Assembly (NCBI GenBank): GCA_951406725.2 | Contig: OX597823.1 | Location: 25,234,001-25,298,000 of the forward strand | Direction: 5' to 3' | Source: Octopus vulgaris | Taxonomy: Eukaryota | DNA: 64,000 bases | Shown here: piece by piece, positions 1 through 13,144 of the stretch | Layout: each line of letters opens with the position of its first letter | Numbering within the stretch: position 1 is the first letter of the stretch | Translations under genes and position numbers: made by a program | Notes under the pieces: generated by a model | Told to the model about the DNA's origin: nothing | What the model saw: only the letters and a program-made list of their open reading frames with translations | Database searches by the model: none

Positions 1-422
1 TGAGTGAGTGACAGAACATGAAAGATATTAATTGAAGTGGTTAGTAGAAACAATACTGTTGGTACAGACATATATGTGATATAATCAAAGATGGTGTTGA
101 TTAAAATGTGTTGCAAGCTGAAGGTGGGAAGTATGTAAGGCAGAGGAATATGAAGAAAAGCGTTGCAGTTGTTTCGCATGAAGTTGGCCCAGATCGAAGA
201 ATGAGTTTTCATATTGAAAGCATTCTATCCACGGCAATCACTATTGTTGTCAGGTATAGAATACTTTGGTGAAAATCTCCGAGCAAATTAATAACGTCTT
301 TATTTAGAGTATAATTTATGGGAGATTTAACTGCTATTTCTAGCATGTCGTGCGACAACATAGAGTCCCTATTTCTGCTCCGTGAGGGACACTTTTTCAA
401 AGAAGATCTAAGGATGTTGACT

Positions 423-820
423 GTAGTTTTGTCCGTCAATGCGATGAAGACCATCTAGTCATCCTTGGGTGGGGGTGGGATTGTTTAGTGAGGCCAATCT
501 GCGCCCGAAAGAGTCTTTGACAGTGTGGACAGGGAATGGTAGCGCCTGCTACCGGGTTGTTAGCTCTGTTCTTCCTGGCTTGTCTGCGGTATTTTGCAGC
601 AGCGATCCTATTGGTCTCGCATGTGTTGGCACCCTTGTGGACAGCTGATCGCCACCCTTCTCTGTCTAGAGCAGACTGCTCCCAAGTGTCATGGTCGATG
701 TTGAAGGCTTTCAGTGAGGCTTTCAGTGTGTTCTTAAAGCACTTCTTCTGGCTGCCTTGTGAGCGCTTTCCCTTTTGCAGCTCGCTAAAGAGCAATCATT
801 TTGGTAATCGATCGTCTGAC
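423..820 (-). mobile_element. RTE-clade LINE 3' fragment (copy 52091-52488)
   Basis: MSDDRLPK..LFSELQKGKRSQGSQKKCFKNTLKASLK...CPHCQRLFRAQIGL is typical of the RTE ORF C-terminus; candidate 9-bp TSD atgttgact at 414-422 / 821-829. Confidence 0.8.
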
Positions 821-1708
821 ATGTTGACTACTATGAAGATGGCGATGTAAGCTTTCAGGATGCTGGTCATCACAATAGAAATGACAAAGGAGAAGAAAAG
901 AATAGTAATATGATAAACAATCCAATCTAAAATGAGATGGTTCTGATGTAAGGGAAATTATTTCAGAGGCACGGGAGGTAAATCTGTTTAATCGTAATAT
1001 TTTTCGAAGCATATTTCAAGCTTAGTGCATTGAGACTAGACATTGAAAATCTTCTTGAAGAGATTAACGAAGTATACAAAATTAATGTATCAGACGGAAT
1101 TTAGCTGTAAATGAAATCCAGTCATATAACTTATGAAACGACATAAAACAGTTTTGTTCCCTAATAGCTATTTCATATATAAAACCATGCAAGCTATTTT
1201 AGCTGTTATATTTAGATATGGACCAAAGTCGAATATTCCAGACAAAGTCTCTCCACAATTGTGTGTTTGTTTTTCAGCTGCTAATTTGAAGAGAGGGTGC
1301 AACTTTTTCTGTAATTCTCTGTATATTAAAGCTTGTGTTCCTGTCCATTGTCAAAAGAGATGAACATCTTCACAGCCATAATATCCTCCTACCAATACAC
1401 CAGTTTAGCTATTACTGCGTTGCAAATTTTAAATATCTCTCTAGTGTATTTGTCTGACAAAGCAATTCATATGAAATCATATTGAATTAAATCTAAAAGA
1501 AGAATTTTAAAAAATTAAGAAGTAAATGTATCATGGTGGAAGTCTGTTTGCTATTTTGTAAACTGTTAAATAGTTAACACAAATGTATCATATATTTTCT
1601 ATAAATTATGCAACTGCAGATTGCGAAGGAATAAAAAAAACAATCATGCAATGCTTATCTTGCTTTATTATGTAAACATACATACATATATACATATATA
1701 TACATACA

Positions 1709-1784
<76 letters not shown>

Positions 1785-1789
<5 letters not shown>

Positions 1790-2290
1790 GTGAATGAATT
1801 ATCCTATGTTTATCGTCAGCATGGAAAATTTGTTTAACCGAAACCTGGGTAGCAAATTCACGTCAGAAACACGGTTGAAGCGACCTGTCCAAGGGTAGAA
1901 ACTCCGGGTTCATGTGCAGAAATTTGTGTGTTGTATATGAATAAATGAAAGAATGGAGTCGAACGAAGATCTTAGCAAAATTCAACGTACCCTTCCCTCT
2001 CCACTTGTTCCCTACCTATTATTCCTTTAACCCTTCTCTTCCTACTATCTATCTTTGACGTCAATTCTTCTAACGTTTTTTTTTTAAAAACACTCATTAT
2101 CCTTTTGTTTACCATGTAGGCAGTCATCGAAATTTTTGTTTGTCTTGTTGTCGAGAAGAGGCCCCCTTTCTTTCCCCGATGAGAAGATTGCATAATGCAC
2201 CCTTTATTCCTTCGGAATGAAAACATGTTGTCTTCGAAACATATGTCGAGAGTAAAGGAATTTTGTTAACATCTTCGTTCGACTCCATTC

Positions 2291-2296
<6 letters not shown>
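1785..2296 (+). mobile_element. Hammerhead-bearing Penelope-pLTR-like mini-element in (TA)n, copy A only
   Basis: Flanked by (TA)n; 39-bp inverted repeat 1945-1983 / 2258-2296; HHR motif 2171-2252; absent from duplicate B. Confidence 0.6.
2171..2252 (+). ncRNA. Degenerate type I hammerhead motif
   Basis: CCGATGA (U4>C)-gaagattgcat...atgttgtcttc-GAAA-catatg-TC-gagag. Confidence 0.55.
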
Positions 2297-2332
<36 letters not shown>

Positions 2333-2337
<5 letters not shown>

Positions 2338-2836
2338 TAATATAGGATAAAATTTTTCGAAAAAATTTTTTATCAATGGCCAGCATATTAAAAAATATCT
2401 TTAAAGGTTAAATTTATAAACAAGGGCAAAAGAAAAAAATTTCTAATCCCAAATATGCCGAAACTAGACACATCGTCCATAACCATATAATTCATCACTA
2501 TAAGCACGCGTCTCGAAGAAAGCCGACAGAAATTTCTAAAAAATTCCGTTATTACCACATCGGACCCAATATGGTAATAACGGAATTATACCCATGGGTA
2601 TAAGTAAGTATTTCATTTATTCCTTTGCCGCATTTATCACTGACGAAGAGAAGGTTCTTATGAACTAACTCTGAAATCGAGTCCGATATGGTAATAACGG
2701 AATTTTTTAGAAATTCCTGTCGGCTTTCTTCGAGACGCACTCTGATAGTGATGAATTATATGGTTATGGACGATGTGTCTAATTTCGGCATATTTGGCAT
2801 TAGAAATTTCTTTCTTTTGCCCTTGTTTATAAGTTG
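2333..2836 (+). mobile_element. Hammerhead-bearing foldback mini-element (copy ~54101-54603)
   Basis: ~150-bp inverted arms 2414-2565 / 2681-2832 around an HHR; flanked by (TA)n. Confidence 0.7.
2635..2688 (+). ncRNA. Type I hammerhead motif (copy at 54402-54455)
   Basis: tatc(a)-CTGACGA-agag..ggttc ttat gaact..ctct-GAAA-tcgag-TC-cgata; one stem I mismatch consistent with CpG decay. Confidence 0.7.
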
Positions 2837-2867
<31 letters not shown>

Positions 2868-3004
2868 TTTTGCTCTTAGGCAAGGCACATAACTCTACAT
2901 GTATCAATTTATCTGACTAACAAAACAACAACGATCGAAAATAGATGTAAAATGGTTTAATCATTCAAAATCCATTGAAAATTAGAAACAAAGAATGTGA
3001 TGAT

Positions 3005-3139
<135 letters not shown>

Positions 3140-4413
3140 TCATACATTTTTGACTTAGATTAACATTTTCTTATCAACGTAATAAATTAATAGTGTCCTA
3201 GTTGTGACATAGAATTCTGACAAGCCATAGTAGCAAATCATGATATTGGCTTAGAATTCTAACTGGTCATACTAACGTGTCATTATAAGGTATAGTGGTT
3301 ATAGTGTTCTGACGGGTCATAGTAACATGTCAGTGTTGTTGTTGTTCTTTGTTCCTTCTCGAGCCATGCCCGGCTCATAGGATATCAGAAGTAATACTGC
3401 ACTAACATAAAGACCAGATCTACTTCTACCTGCATTGTTTTTATTGTCTCAATATTTCAGTCAACTGATCTACCAGTACGGCATATACATTTTCCCATTA
3501 TTAATTTGTCCATTATTCAAACTTCAGCCGATAAAAGATTAATTGCTATGGTGAAAGCAAAGGCCAGCCATTTTGAATAGTAAATATATATAAAATATTG
3601 TCGATAAATATAGCACTCAGCCTGTTAGCATTCATCAACCAAAACATTAAACAATAATGGGTAAATATATATGCTACACTCGGTAATTGGAGTTAACGCT
3701 CTTGCTTGTTTTTAGATTTTAGACACAACTAGAGCGAAATTTTATCTACTAATAGCTTAGACAATCCCAGTTGATCAAAGTATTTTTTCAACTCACTATA
3801 TTACATACGTCAGATCCTAACGTAACTTAGAGTATGTTATTTTACTCTTTGATCATCAAATTCTAAACACCACCGAGGTTAACTTCTTTCCTCTGATTAT
3901 GGCATAAGTCTCAGTATTTTTGTAGCTAGAGAAATTATATTGGGACAGTCATGCTTTTATTAAGGGTTTTATAACAGTGCAATAAATGAGCTAAAAGCGG
4001 CTCTTTCTGGAATCGAAACTGCTTCATACACTCATCTATACAGTGTTTACTTCCTTCAAGACCACATTCATCATAAGATCAAAATTACATAAAATTTCTG
4101 TGCTTATGTCGTAAAACAAACAATGTATTAGTTTTCATTTTCTATAACAATTCCATTTATATTTAGGTCTATAAATGACACCAATACTTAACTAGCACCA
4201 TATTCCATCGACCACGGAAGATGAAAGCAAGGTTAATCCCAGCATGATAAGAACTCAGTTCATAGGGGGCCTTAATTAAATATCGCAAAACATTTTATCT
4301 GTCTCTAACAATTTTACTAGTCTACCGCATATGCGTCTGTGTGAATACATATGGATACAGACACTCAAATGGAGATGGGGAGAGGTAAAATAGAGAAGCA
4401 GGTTGTGATTTAC

Positions 4414-4679
4414 CTGTTTTTCACCAACCAGTAGTCCTGTCCATTTTCTGTTCCGTATCCAACCACCAAGATCCCATGGTTCAATTTGTGGTTACAATCA
4501 TCACTTACGTAAACGCCATGACTGTAGAATTGGAATGTAGTGGGACTTGCATCGATGGCAGCAGAGACCGGACCCACGTTGGCCACTGCTATTTGTAGTG
4601 CATGTTCTGACTTTAACACATCAACATAATTAGTATCAAAAGCGACTACTTTGCTCCTGTTATAACAACACATCTGTTG
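4414..4679 (-). CDS. Cathepsin L-like gene A, exon 6 (catalytic His and Asn)
   Basis: QQMCCYNRSKVVAF...VGPVSAAIDASPTTFQFYSHGVY...[25 protein letters not shown]; 266 nt with AG/GT boundaries. Confidence 0.96.
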
Positions 4680-5352
4680 CTATATATATTAAAAAAAATA
4701 GCGATATAGAAGTTAGATTAAACTGGTAAAACCAGTAAGCAAAAATTGCTTTTTAAATGTCAAAAAATTCTCGATGTCAGCAACAATTATAGAGCAAACA
4801 CACACATAAATACGCGCGCGCACACACACACACACATTCTAAAGTGTCTATGCTGTCATCAATGGATAAATAGTAACATGTATAAAAAGCAAATGGATTC
4901 AATAATGATAGTAAAGTAAATATTCGTCATTGAGTGCTGGAAGGATACTGTGTGGCGAAAGCATGTATCGCTGTAGAATCGCAAAGTACTCTCTTAATCG
5001 AGTTTATATGGCGTCATTGCATTTCATAGTGCTTGATATGAACAATCTTACATATAATAAAGCGCAATGTTTCACGTCAGTCACTCTGGTAGAGAGAAAC
5101 TAAAACAACAAACGGAGTAGGAGCGAATGATAGTCAGAGATGCTAAATCCAGGCGAACTGTAGAGAGACGTTTTGCTCTGAAGTCGCTGATATTTTAATC
5201 AAAATAAAATTGCAAATTTTTATCGTGAATTATATTTATTTTATCAATTTCAGATACACACACAAATATGAAATTAGTTATTAAACGCTTTTGCTTTCAA
5301 AATATTATCATTAACGCAACATTTATAACTTATATATATATATATATATATA

Positions 5353-6362
5353 TTAAATTAGAGATAAAACCACTATTAGGCAAATCAAACAGTGAAAAAC
5401 ATAAACCAAAACATAGATATAAAATTAATTAATATAATATACAAAATATATAAAATATAAAATTCAAAATTTAAATTATTTAAATTTAAAGTTAAAATTT
5501 AATAAATTTTTAAAATTATTAAATTATACTTATAAATTATATATATATATATTTTTTTTTATTATCTTTATTGTTTTAATTATATATTTATTTAATTTAA
5601 AAAAAAATATATATAACTATCAAAAATTATTAAAATGTTTAATATAAGATAAAAAGTAAAACCACTACGATCGTTTCATGCCCATAACCTAATTCGAATA
5701 GCAATAATTTAAATTCAATTAATAATTCGAATTACGGTTATAGTCAATCTTCATGTTAATGATAATATTTAAATAAACAATCAAATATATTTAAAGAATA
5801 TTTTTTTAAGAAATAAATAAAATAATAATTTTTCTTATAAAGTACTCTATTAGCAAACTAGAAACTTTAACGATTATGATTATGTCATACAATCGATTAT
5901 AATGTTAAATATTAATTTTTAAGTATTAATTTTTAAGGTAAGAATAGATAGAAAATGTAGTTATCTATTTTAAGGTAAGAATAGATAGAAAATGTATTTA
6001 TCTATTCAGATATAATATGGCTTTAAAAAAAACATAATAAACCTACAAATAATCTAACCTCAATTATATACAATATCTAATTACCTAAACATTTAACAAA
6101 AAAAAATTACTATTCATATTATTAAATTTAATTTCAAGTCAAATAATTATATAATATTTGAATAATATTTGAATTTTTTAAATTTAAATATTTTAATAAG
6201 TATTATTGTATAATTTTGTATTTTATATAAATACTTGTTGTTATGTAATGATTTAGTTTGATTTGCCTAATAGTGGTTTTATATATTAATATATATATTT
6301 ATACTGTAAAATTAGATTTAATCCTAAATCTAATTTTTCCCTGTAAGTTTGGATTTCCTCAC

Positions 6363-6365
<3 letters not shown>
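5353..6365. mobile_element. AT-rich hammerhead-bearing inverted-repeat element (rearranged relative to copy ~57221-58840)
   Basis: Terminal aaaaccactattaggcaaatcaaac / gtttgatttgcctaatagtggtttt inverted repeats; (TA)n flanks; HHR motif inside. Confidence 0.65.
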
Positions 6366-6396
<31 letters not shown>

Positions 6397-6449
6397 ATAT
6401 ATATACATATATATATATGTATATATATATATATGTATATATATATGTG

Positions 6450-6482
<33 letters not shown>

Positions 6483-6510
6483 GTATATATACGTATATCT
6501 ATATCTATAT

Positions 6511-6571
<61 letters not shown>

Positions 6572-7323
6572 TATATGTATATATAATATATATACACACA
6601 AACAAGGTGCATATGATATTTCAGGGCAGATTCATGTATAAAAAAACAGATATATAACAGATAATACCCTAACTTTAACCCTAATCCTAAACCTCATTCT
6701 GTCTCTCTTTCTCTCTTACTCCCTTTCTCCCCCCTCCCCCGAAAATACTCCTCTTCTAAACAAAACAACATCCTCTTTTCGATTTATATAAAAGACGGAA
6801 GAAATTTTCCCTGCATTAACTTAAAGAGTTCGATTGAAGGAACGAAAGCGCTAATATAGAATTATCCAATATTCTGTTTGTCTCCCACCACTGCTTGACA
6901 ACTGGTGTTAATTTGCTGACGTCCCCGTAATTTAGCGATAGAATAAGTAGTAGGTTTAAAGAATTAGTACTGGGATTGACTCATTTCACTAAAACCCATC
7001 AAGCCAGTGCCCTACCATTGACGCAGTCGCGAAGAATATGTTAGAAAGTGCAACTCATGTGGCTAAACTACAGCATATTTTCCAAAATATTGAATAGTAT
7101 ACCTATAAATAGTATATTATAGCAACACATAGTATAATAGGTGTTGGACCTAAGCACAGTATATTATAAACAAATATTTAGAAATTGAGTGTGTATATAT
7201 TACATACATGCCATATATACCTGTGTGTGTAACTACTTAACTGCATGGATATACTTGTGCCTGCTATATTTAATATTTCCGGATAGATAGAGGAATAACG
7301 GACATGGGTATATATCAACTCAC

Positions 7324-7421
7324 CATTGCGCGATATGGGTAGGATATTTCTGATTCTATACCAAATATTCGGATATATCTGAATGCTTGGTCCATAAGTC
7401 CTCCGTGGCAGCCATTGTTTC
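7324..7421 (-). CDS. Cathepsin L-like gene A, exon 5 (GCxGG loop)
   Basis: [33 protein letters not shown]; tttcag acceptor, GTGAGT donor; 98 nt. Confidence 0.95.
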
Positions 7422-7475
7422 CTGAAATGTTTGACAGGCAATTTTCTATATATTAATTCTAAACTTTACAACGCG

Positions 7476-7544
<69 letters not shown>

Positions 7545-7992
7545 TGCGGGGTTATATAAAATAAGTGTGGGATTCGGAAGTCATTGTTCCAAACTAATCA
7601 TGTAAGAACAGAAAAGGGAAAGAATGAAACACTTTATAATGCTTCTGCTTGACGTTGCGTTACTTAGACTGTCAGTAACTCTTTCACGTGATTAGAGAAA
7701 AAGAAAGAGAAAAGGAGAGAGAAATAGAGGGAGAGACATGCACCCGTGACGTGAGGCAGAGGAAATGTAATTGTAACGCTTTGAGGAGAAAGAAAATGGA
7801 GAGAGAAAATGAGGCGAAGAGTGAGACAGAAAGAGGGAGAGAGAAGCATTCATGACGTGAGGTAGGGGGAACGAAATGTTTATTACGTGATTAAAGAAGT
7901 TAGTTGGAGGTAGAGGAGAGTTAAAAATGTAATTTTAGCAGAGGGGTGAAGGTGAAGTTAAAGAAAGGCAGAGATAGAGAGAGAGAGAGAGA

Positions 7993-8033
<41 letters not shown>

Positions 8034-8598
8034 ATGGTGGCGGAGATAAAGGTTTTCGTAGTAATTGGATAGTAAAAAGTGTATTGTTTTAATTGAACTA
8101 AGTTTTTTTATATCACCTATTACTTAATGCATGCGCATAAGTGCAATTCCGCGAAATATTCACGCTTATTTACATGCCAGACATATGCAATTTAAATAAA
8201 GGTTGTATCATATGTACGAGATATATATTTTCATATTTGTTCATGGAAAAAATGGAAAATTAAGAGTGGATATATATTTTATGAGTACTGAGTATTAGGT
8301 CTAGAAAATTGTGCATAAAGCATATAAACTGTATATATATATATATATATATAAAGTACATTAATTTATCACTTAATTTTCTTTCACTTTTCAATGAGTA
8401 GCAGATAAGCGACTATCTTTCCACACTGACATAATACAAGCTACGCTTTCAGATTTTTGGGATGAAGTTTTCAGAAATAACCTAATAGGTTTACCATTAA
8501 TTCAGTGAGATATTCACGGGTCCCGCTAGTATTTGTATAAAGATGATACTCAAATATAGCTGTGTATTCTATATAAGATGTTTGAAAGAAAAGTTTTC

Positions 8599-8661
<63 letters not shown>

Positions 8662-8687
8662 TATGGGAAAACTTTATATATATCATA

Positions 8688-9539
8688 TTAATTAGAGAAA
8701 AACCACTATTATGTAATTCAAACAATGATAGACATAAACCAAATCATAAAGAAAATATAAAATATATTATAAAACATATAACTAGATCACAAAAAGTACA
8801 AAAATGAATAAACAATATATAAGTAAAAAGACTACGTTTATTTAATTTTATTATTCTGTATTTATTATATGTGAACTAAAATCTAAAAGTATCAAGTGTG
8901 ATTGTTTTGTAAAATAGTTTGTAACATAAAATATTAGAATATAACTAGTGAAAAGATATTCTATAGTTTGTTAATGCTATTCTCAAAACTAAAATATATC
9001 TTCACAGATAAATACATTTTTCTATCTATTTACTCTATTTTTTTTACCTTAGGTTTTTAACATGATAAATATATTATAGACACCTGGTCCTACTTTTAAG
9101 TTTCAGATTTAGTTAACGGAGTTTCTTCTATAAGAACAATCATGATTTTATTTCTTTAAGAAATATTGTTTAATTCTATTTAATTATTTATTTAACTATT
9201 AATGTTATTATTGTTGACCTGAGGAGTGACTATACTTTTAAATTGAATTGTTTTTTCGATTAAAATTAAATTTAATTGTAATTCAAATTGAAGTTATAGC
9301 CACGAAACGTACGTAGTCTTTTTTATTATATATTGTTTATTCATTTTTTGTACTTTTTGTGATCTAGTTATATGTTTTATAATATGTTTTATTTTTCTTT
9401 ATGTTTTGGTTTAAGTCTATCATTGTTTGAATTACATAATAGTGATTTTTCTCTAATTTATATATATTATATATTTATATAGTGAAATTTGAATTTGTAG
9501 TAAATTGAATTTTTCCCAGTAAGTTTGGAGCTATACTCC

Positions 9540-9543
<4 letters not shown>
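8688..9543 (+). mobile_element. AT-rich hammerhead-bearing inverted-repeat element (copy ~61320-62128)
   Basis: ~150-bp inverted arms ~8690-8837 / 9311-9458; HHR at 9216-9318; (TA)n flanks; terminal sequence related to the 5353-6365 element. Confidence 0.7.
9216..9318 (+). ncRNA. Type I hammerhead motif with extended stem II (mutated copy at 61848-61948, GAAA>GAAT)
   Basis: gac-CTGAGGA-gtgactata...tatagccac-GAAA-cgtacg-TA-gtc. Confidence 0.7.
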
Positions 9544-9584
<41 letters not shown>

Positions 9585-9889
9585 GCTAAAGAACCCCTTA
9601 AGGCACAAGTCTGGGCAAGGTCGTTTATGGAAGACTGGCAGTTGCCCATGCATACGAGCCTCCCCACACCACGCAACCGATGTTATCCAAGAGAAAGGCA
9701 AAGCTGACACAGCTTGGCACTAGTGACGCTGCAACTCATTTCTACAGCTGTGGGAAGAGGAACAACGTGAATTAAAGTGTCTTGCTCAAGAACACAATAC
9801 ATTGCCCGGTCCTGGAATCGAACTCATTACCTCATGATTGTGAGCCCGATGCTCTAACCACCGAGCCATGCGCCTTTATATATACATAT

Positions 9890-9971
<82 letters not shown>

Positions 9972-11222
9972 TACTAATATAGGATGAAGTGTTTTTTACA
10001 GAAAAAAAATTCCATTAAAAAAATGTGGCAGCATATTAAAATACCTTTACGGTTAAAATTATAAACAACTTATAAATAAGAGCTAAAGAAAATTATTTCA
10101 ATGCCAATATGCTGATAACAGACTTTTAAATCCTCAATTTCCACATATTATTTACTCGCAACAGAAAAAAACACGAACTGAAATCGGGGAAAACTGGCCG
10201 ATAGATTAAGATATTTACATGCGCCCATGGAAAGAAGCCGAAGCAAAAATAATGAGTACATACAAGTACCCTAGATATATCTAAAAATAAAATTATTTGG
10301 CCAGCCCCAGCACAACGTGTTGACTGTTCTCCACTACAGGTTATAGTGGTTACCAGTCCCTATAGCGAGTAGTAATATGTCTACTACTAATATAGGATGA
10401 AGTTTTTTTACAGAAAAAAAAATTCCATCAAAAAATGTGGCAGCATATTAAAATACCTTTACGGTTAAAATTATAAACAACTTACAAATAAGGGCTAAAG
10501 GTCCGAAAACATACAACAGAATAGACTCCGCTTAAGGCATCTAATGTGCCTGCCAAGTAGTGGTGTTAAACGGGCTGACGGATTAAGTCTACCACTCAAG
10601 CAGACCAAGATGGAGTTTGAATTTAGAACATCAAGAGTTGGGAAAAATACCACAACGCTCTGATTCATATTTGCTGGTCTAATACTTTTAACTAGTACTT
10701 TATTTTTATTGGTCCCGGAAAGACGAAATTTAAAGTTGACCCCGGCGGGATTTGAACTCAGAATGCACTGCAAGGCATTTCATTTGCAAAGTTCTAACAA
10801 TCTTGGCAATTCATCGCTTTGGACATTAGTAAGTAGTTTTAGCAGTTTTATTGTGGTGGTGTGCCAGATTAAATATTTTGCAGCATTAAGTTTCATTTCT
10901 TTATGCTCAATATTGGTCAAGGTCAGGTTTGCCTTTCGTCTGTGCAGATTTTATAAAACACCACAGACCAAAGACTGTATTATCCTTCTTCCAAAAATGT
11001 TAAGCAGTGTACCAAAACTCTTATTAATAGCGCATCCGAGACACCGAAGCTAGGTTCTTTGGTGACGTAATATTTTTTACCTTATTCTTCTGATTTAATA
11101 ACAGGTCTTCCTTTAAGTCATAATGGAAAAATATAATTAAATTTTAACTTTAGAATACGAAACATATATTGCAAGTGAGAGGTGTTAAATGTCACAGTAG
11201 AACAATTTCATAAACAATTTCA

Positions 11223-11405
<183 letters not shown>

Positions 11406-11599
11406 TCACGATGCAAATAAGTATGTGAATATATGAGTTTTCTTTGAATATTATTTAAGTTCTTATTAATAATGTTTAAACCGCTCGCTAACAAAGTGAC
11501 AAAGCTTTTTGAGTTAAGAGAGTTCCCGTTGTTTGTAGATATATGGTTGAGTGGAATGTTGGTTGAACTGTCGATGCACACGACCAAGTACGTGCATCT

Positions 11600-12810
11600 A
11601 TTCATCTAAAGAGTCTCAGATTGAGAATCTTCAGAATGTCTTGTAAATTTTTACTATGCCGTTAATAGGTTGGATCTGGAGAAAGCGCGTCAATTTCTTG
11701 TACTATTTCTTCGAAAAGCCTGGTTTTCTAGTTTTTTTGTGTGTAAATCTGTAGATATACAGTCCAATGCACTTATGATGATTGGTACAAATGAGAATTT
11801 ATATCCAGAGTAAAAGAACTGTAGGTCTCTCATTAATTCACCATAAATATTCTCATTTTCCTGAACTATTGATTGTACATTCACATCTGCTGGGCAGCTG
11901 GCCTCTGCAACAGTGTATGACTTTTGTTTTCTGTCCCACAGAACATTATCAGGTCCATTATGATAGTACCGAATTGCTGTTTTTTTGGAGTGTTCCACCA
12001 GCATTCCTTGTTTTTAAAGGTGTGAATACCTGTTAGTTGTGACAGTCCCTCTTGCAGATAGCATTGTAAAAAGTTTTTGTATTGTTGTCATGCCTCATGG
12101 GTACGCGGTATCTTATTTTGAAGCTGCTGCTGTTGGCATGGGTAATATCTTTCACACTGATATAGCATATCCGACATTGTCTATCACAACATGGGGGACT
12201 GGTGGTATCTTTGTCTCTCTTGTTTACCAGGTATTTACTAACTATCTTCTGTTCCTGGACAGTGAAGGTATATCTTAAGTGGGATGTAATGTATTTTTCA
12301 CAGGTCCAGGAGAAGCTACTCTTCCTGTTGATGCTGATGTTATCCTGTAGCTTATGAGATATTATCTATGTATTGCTTTTTGGTGATATGATGCGTGCTT
12401 CTCGAAGCCCTGTTTAGGGAGGCCAGTTCAACCTCCTTTTGATCACACAAGTCAGTTGCACTCTCAAAGTATCTGCTCAGTTCTTTCCCTATTCTGAAGA
12501 TGTTACTTTCTCTTTTGAGTATACATGTAATATACTCATTTCTTTCTTTACTGTACAGCAAGTGTTGTCTGAGTGATACAATGCGACATTCAAAAGGTGT
12601 TTGGATTGACGTTATGTTCCTGCCACCAGCTTTTCGTCTCACTGTTTGTTTGGTAGTGCTTTTAGAGAAACATTCAAACAATCTGTATAGTGTTTGTTTA
12701 TAAGATTCAAGCATGCTATTGGCTTATTGTGTTTGGCTACGTGGCTCTCGTTGTTCTTTGGGACAGGAGTAGTCCGCGCAACCTGGTATATCTAGCTCAA
12801 CGTTCATTGT
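11600..12810 (-). mobile_element. Decayed R4/Dong-like (restriction-like endonuclease) non-LTR retrotransposon 3' part, in gene A intron 3
   Basis: RRKAGGRNI (RKEGGRGL-like), degenerate CRIC zinc knuckle, HNGPDNVLWDRKQK..EASCPADVNV..FVPIIISALD (PD..E endonuclease region). Confidence 0.65.
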
Positions 12811-12932
12811 TTTTTTAAAAAGGGTCGTGAGAATTTCCCTATACATGCATGCACGTATGTATGTATGTATGTATGTATGTATGTATGTATGTATGTATGT
12901 ATGTATGTATGTATGTATGTATGTATGTATGC

Positions 12933-13017
<85 letters not shown>

Positions 13018-13144
13018 ATCTAATATATATCTCCCTATCTCTCGTTTCTTCTATTGATATCAATATATATGTATGTACACACACACAATATATATGTATA
13101 TATGTACACACAATATATATGTATGTATGTATGTAGACACACAT

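Noticed and set aside
1133-1363. 76-aa ORF identical in both duplicates (52801-53031), likewise 209-454
   Set aside because: Identity is explained by the recent duplication; no recognisable domain, and older paralogous modules do not appear to keep the frame.
1835-1915. Two GAAA-c...g-T segments resembling hammerhead 3' halves (gaaacctgggta, gaaactccgggtt)
   Set aside because: No convincing upstream CUGANGA with stems I/II; may be decayed motifs but unsupported.
6330-6657. Many ORF-track entries made of YI, CV, HT or LSIY repeats (also 12827, 16693, 18715, 25895, 50171, 58778 etc.)
   Set aside because: Translations of (TA)n, (CA)n, (TATC)n and (TATG)n microsatellites, not genes.
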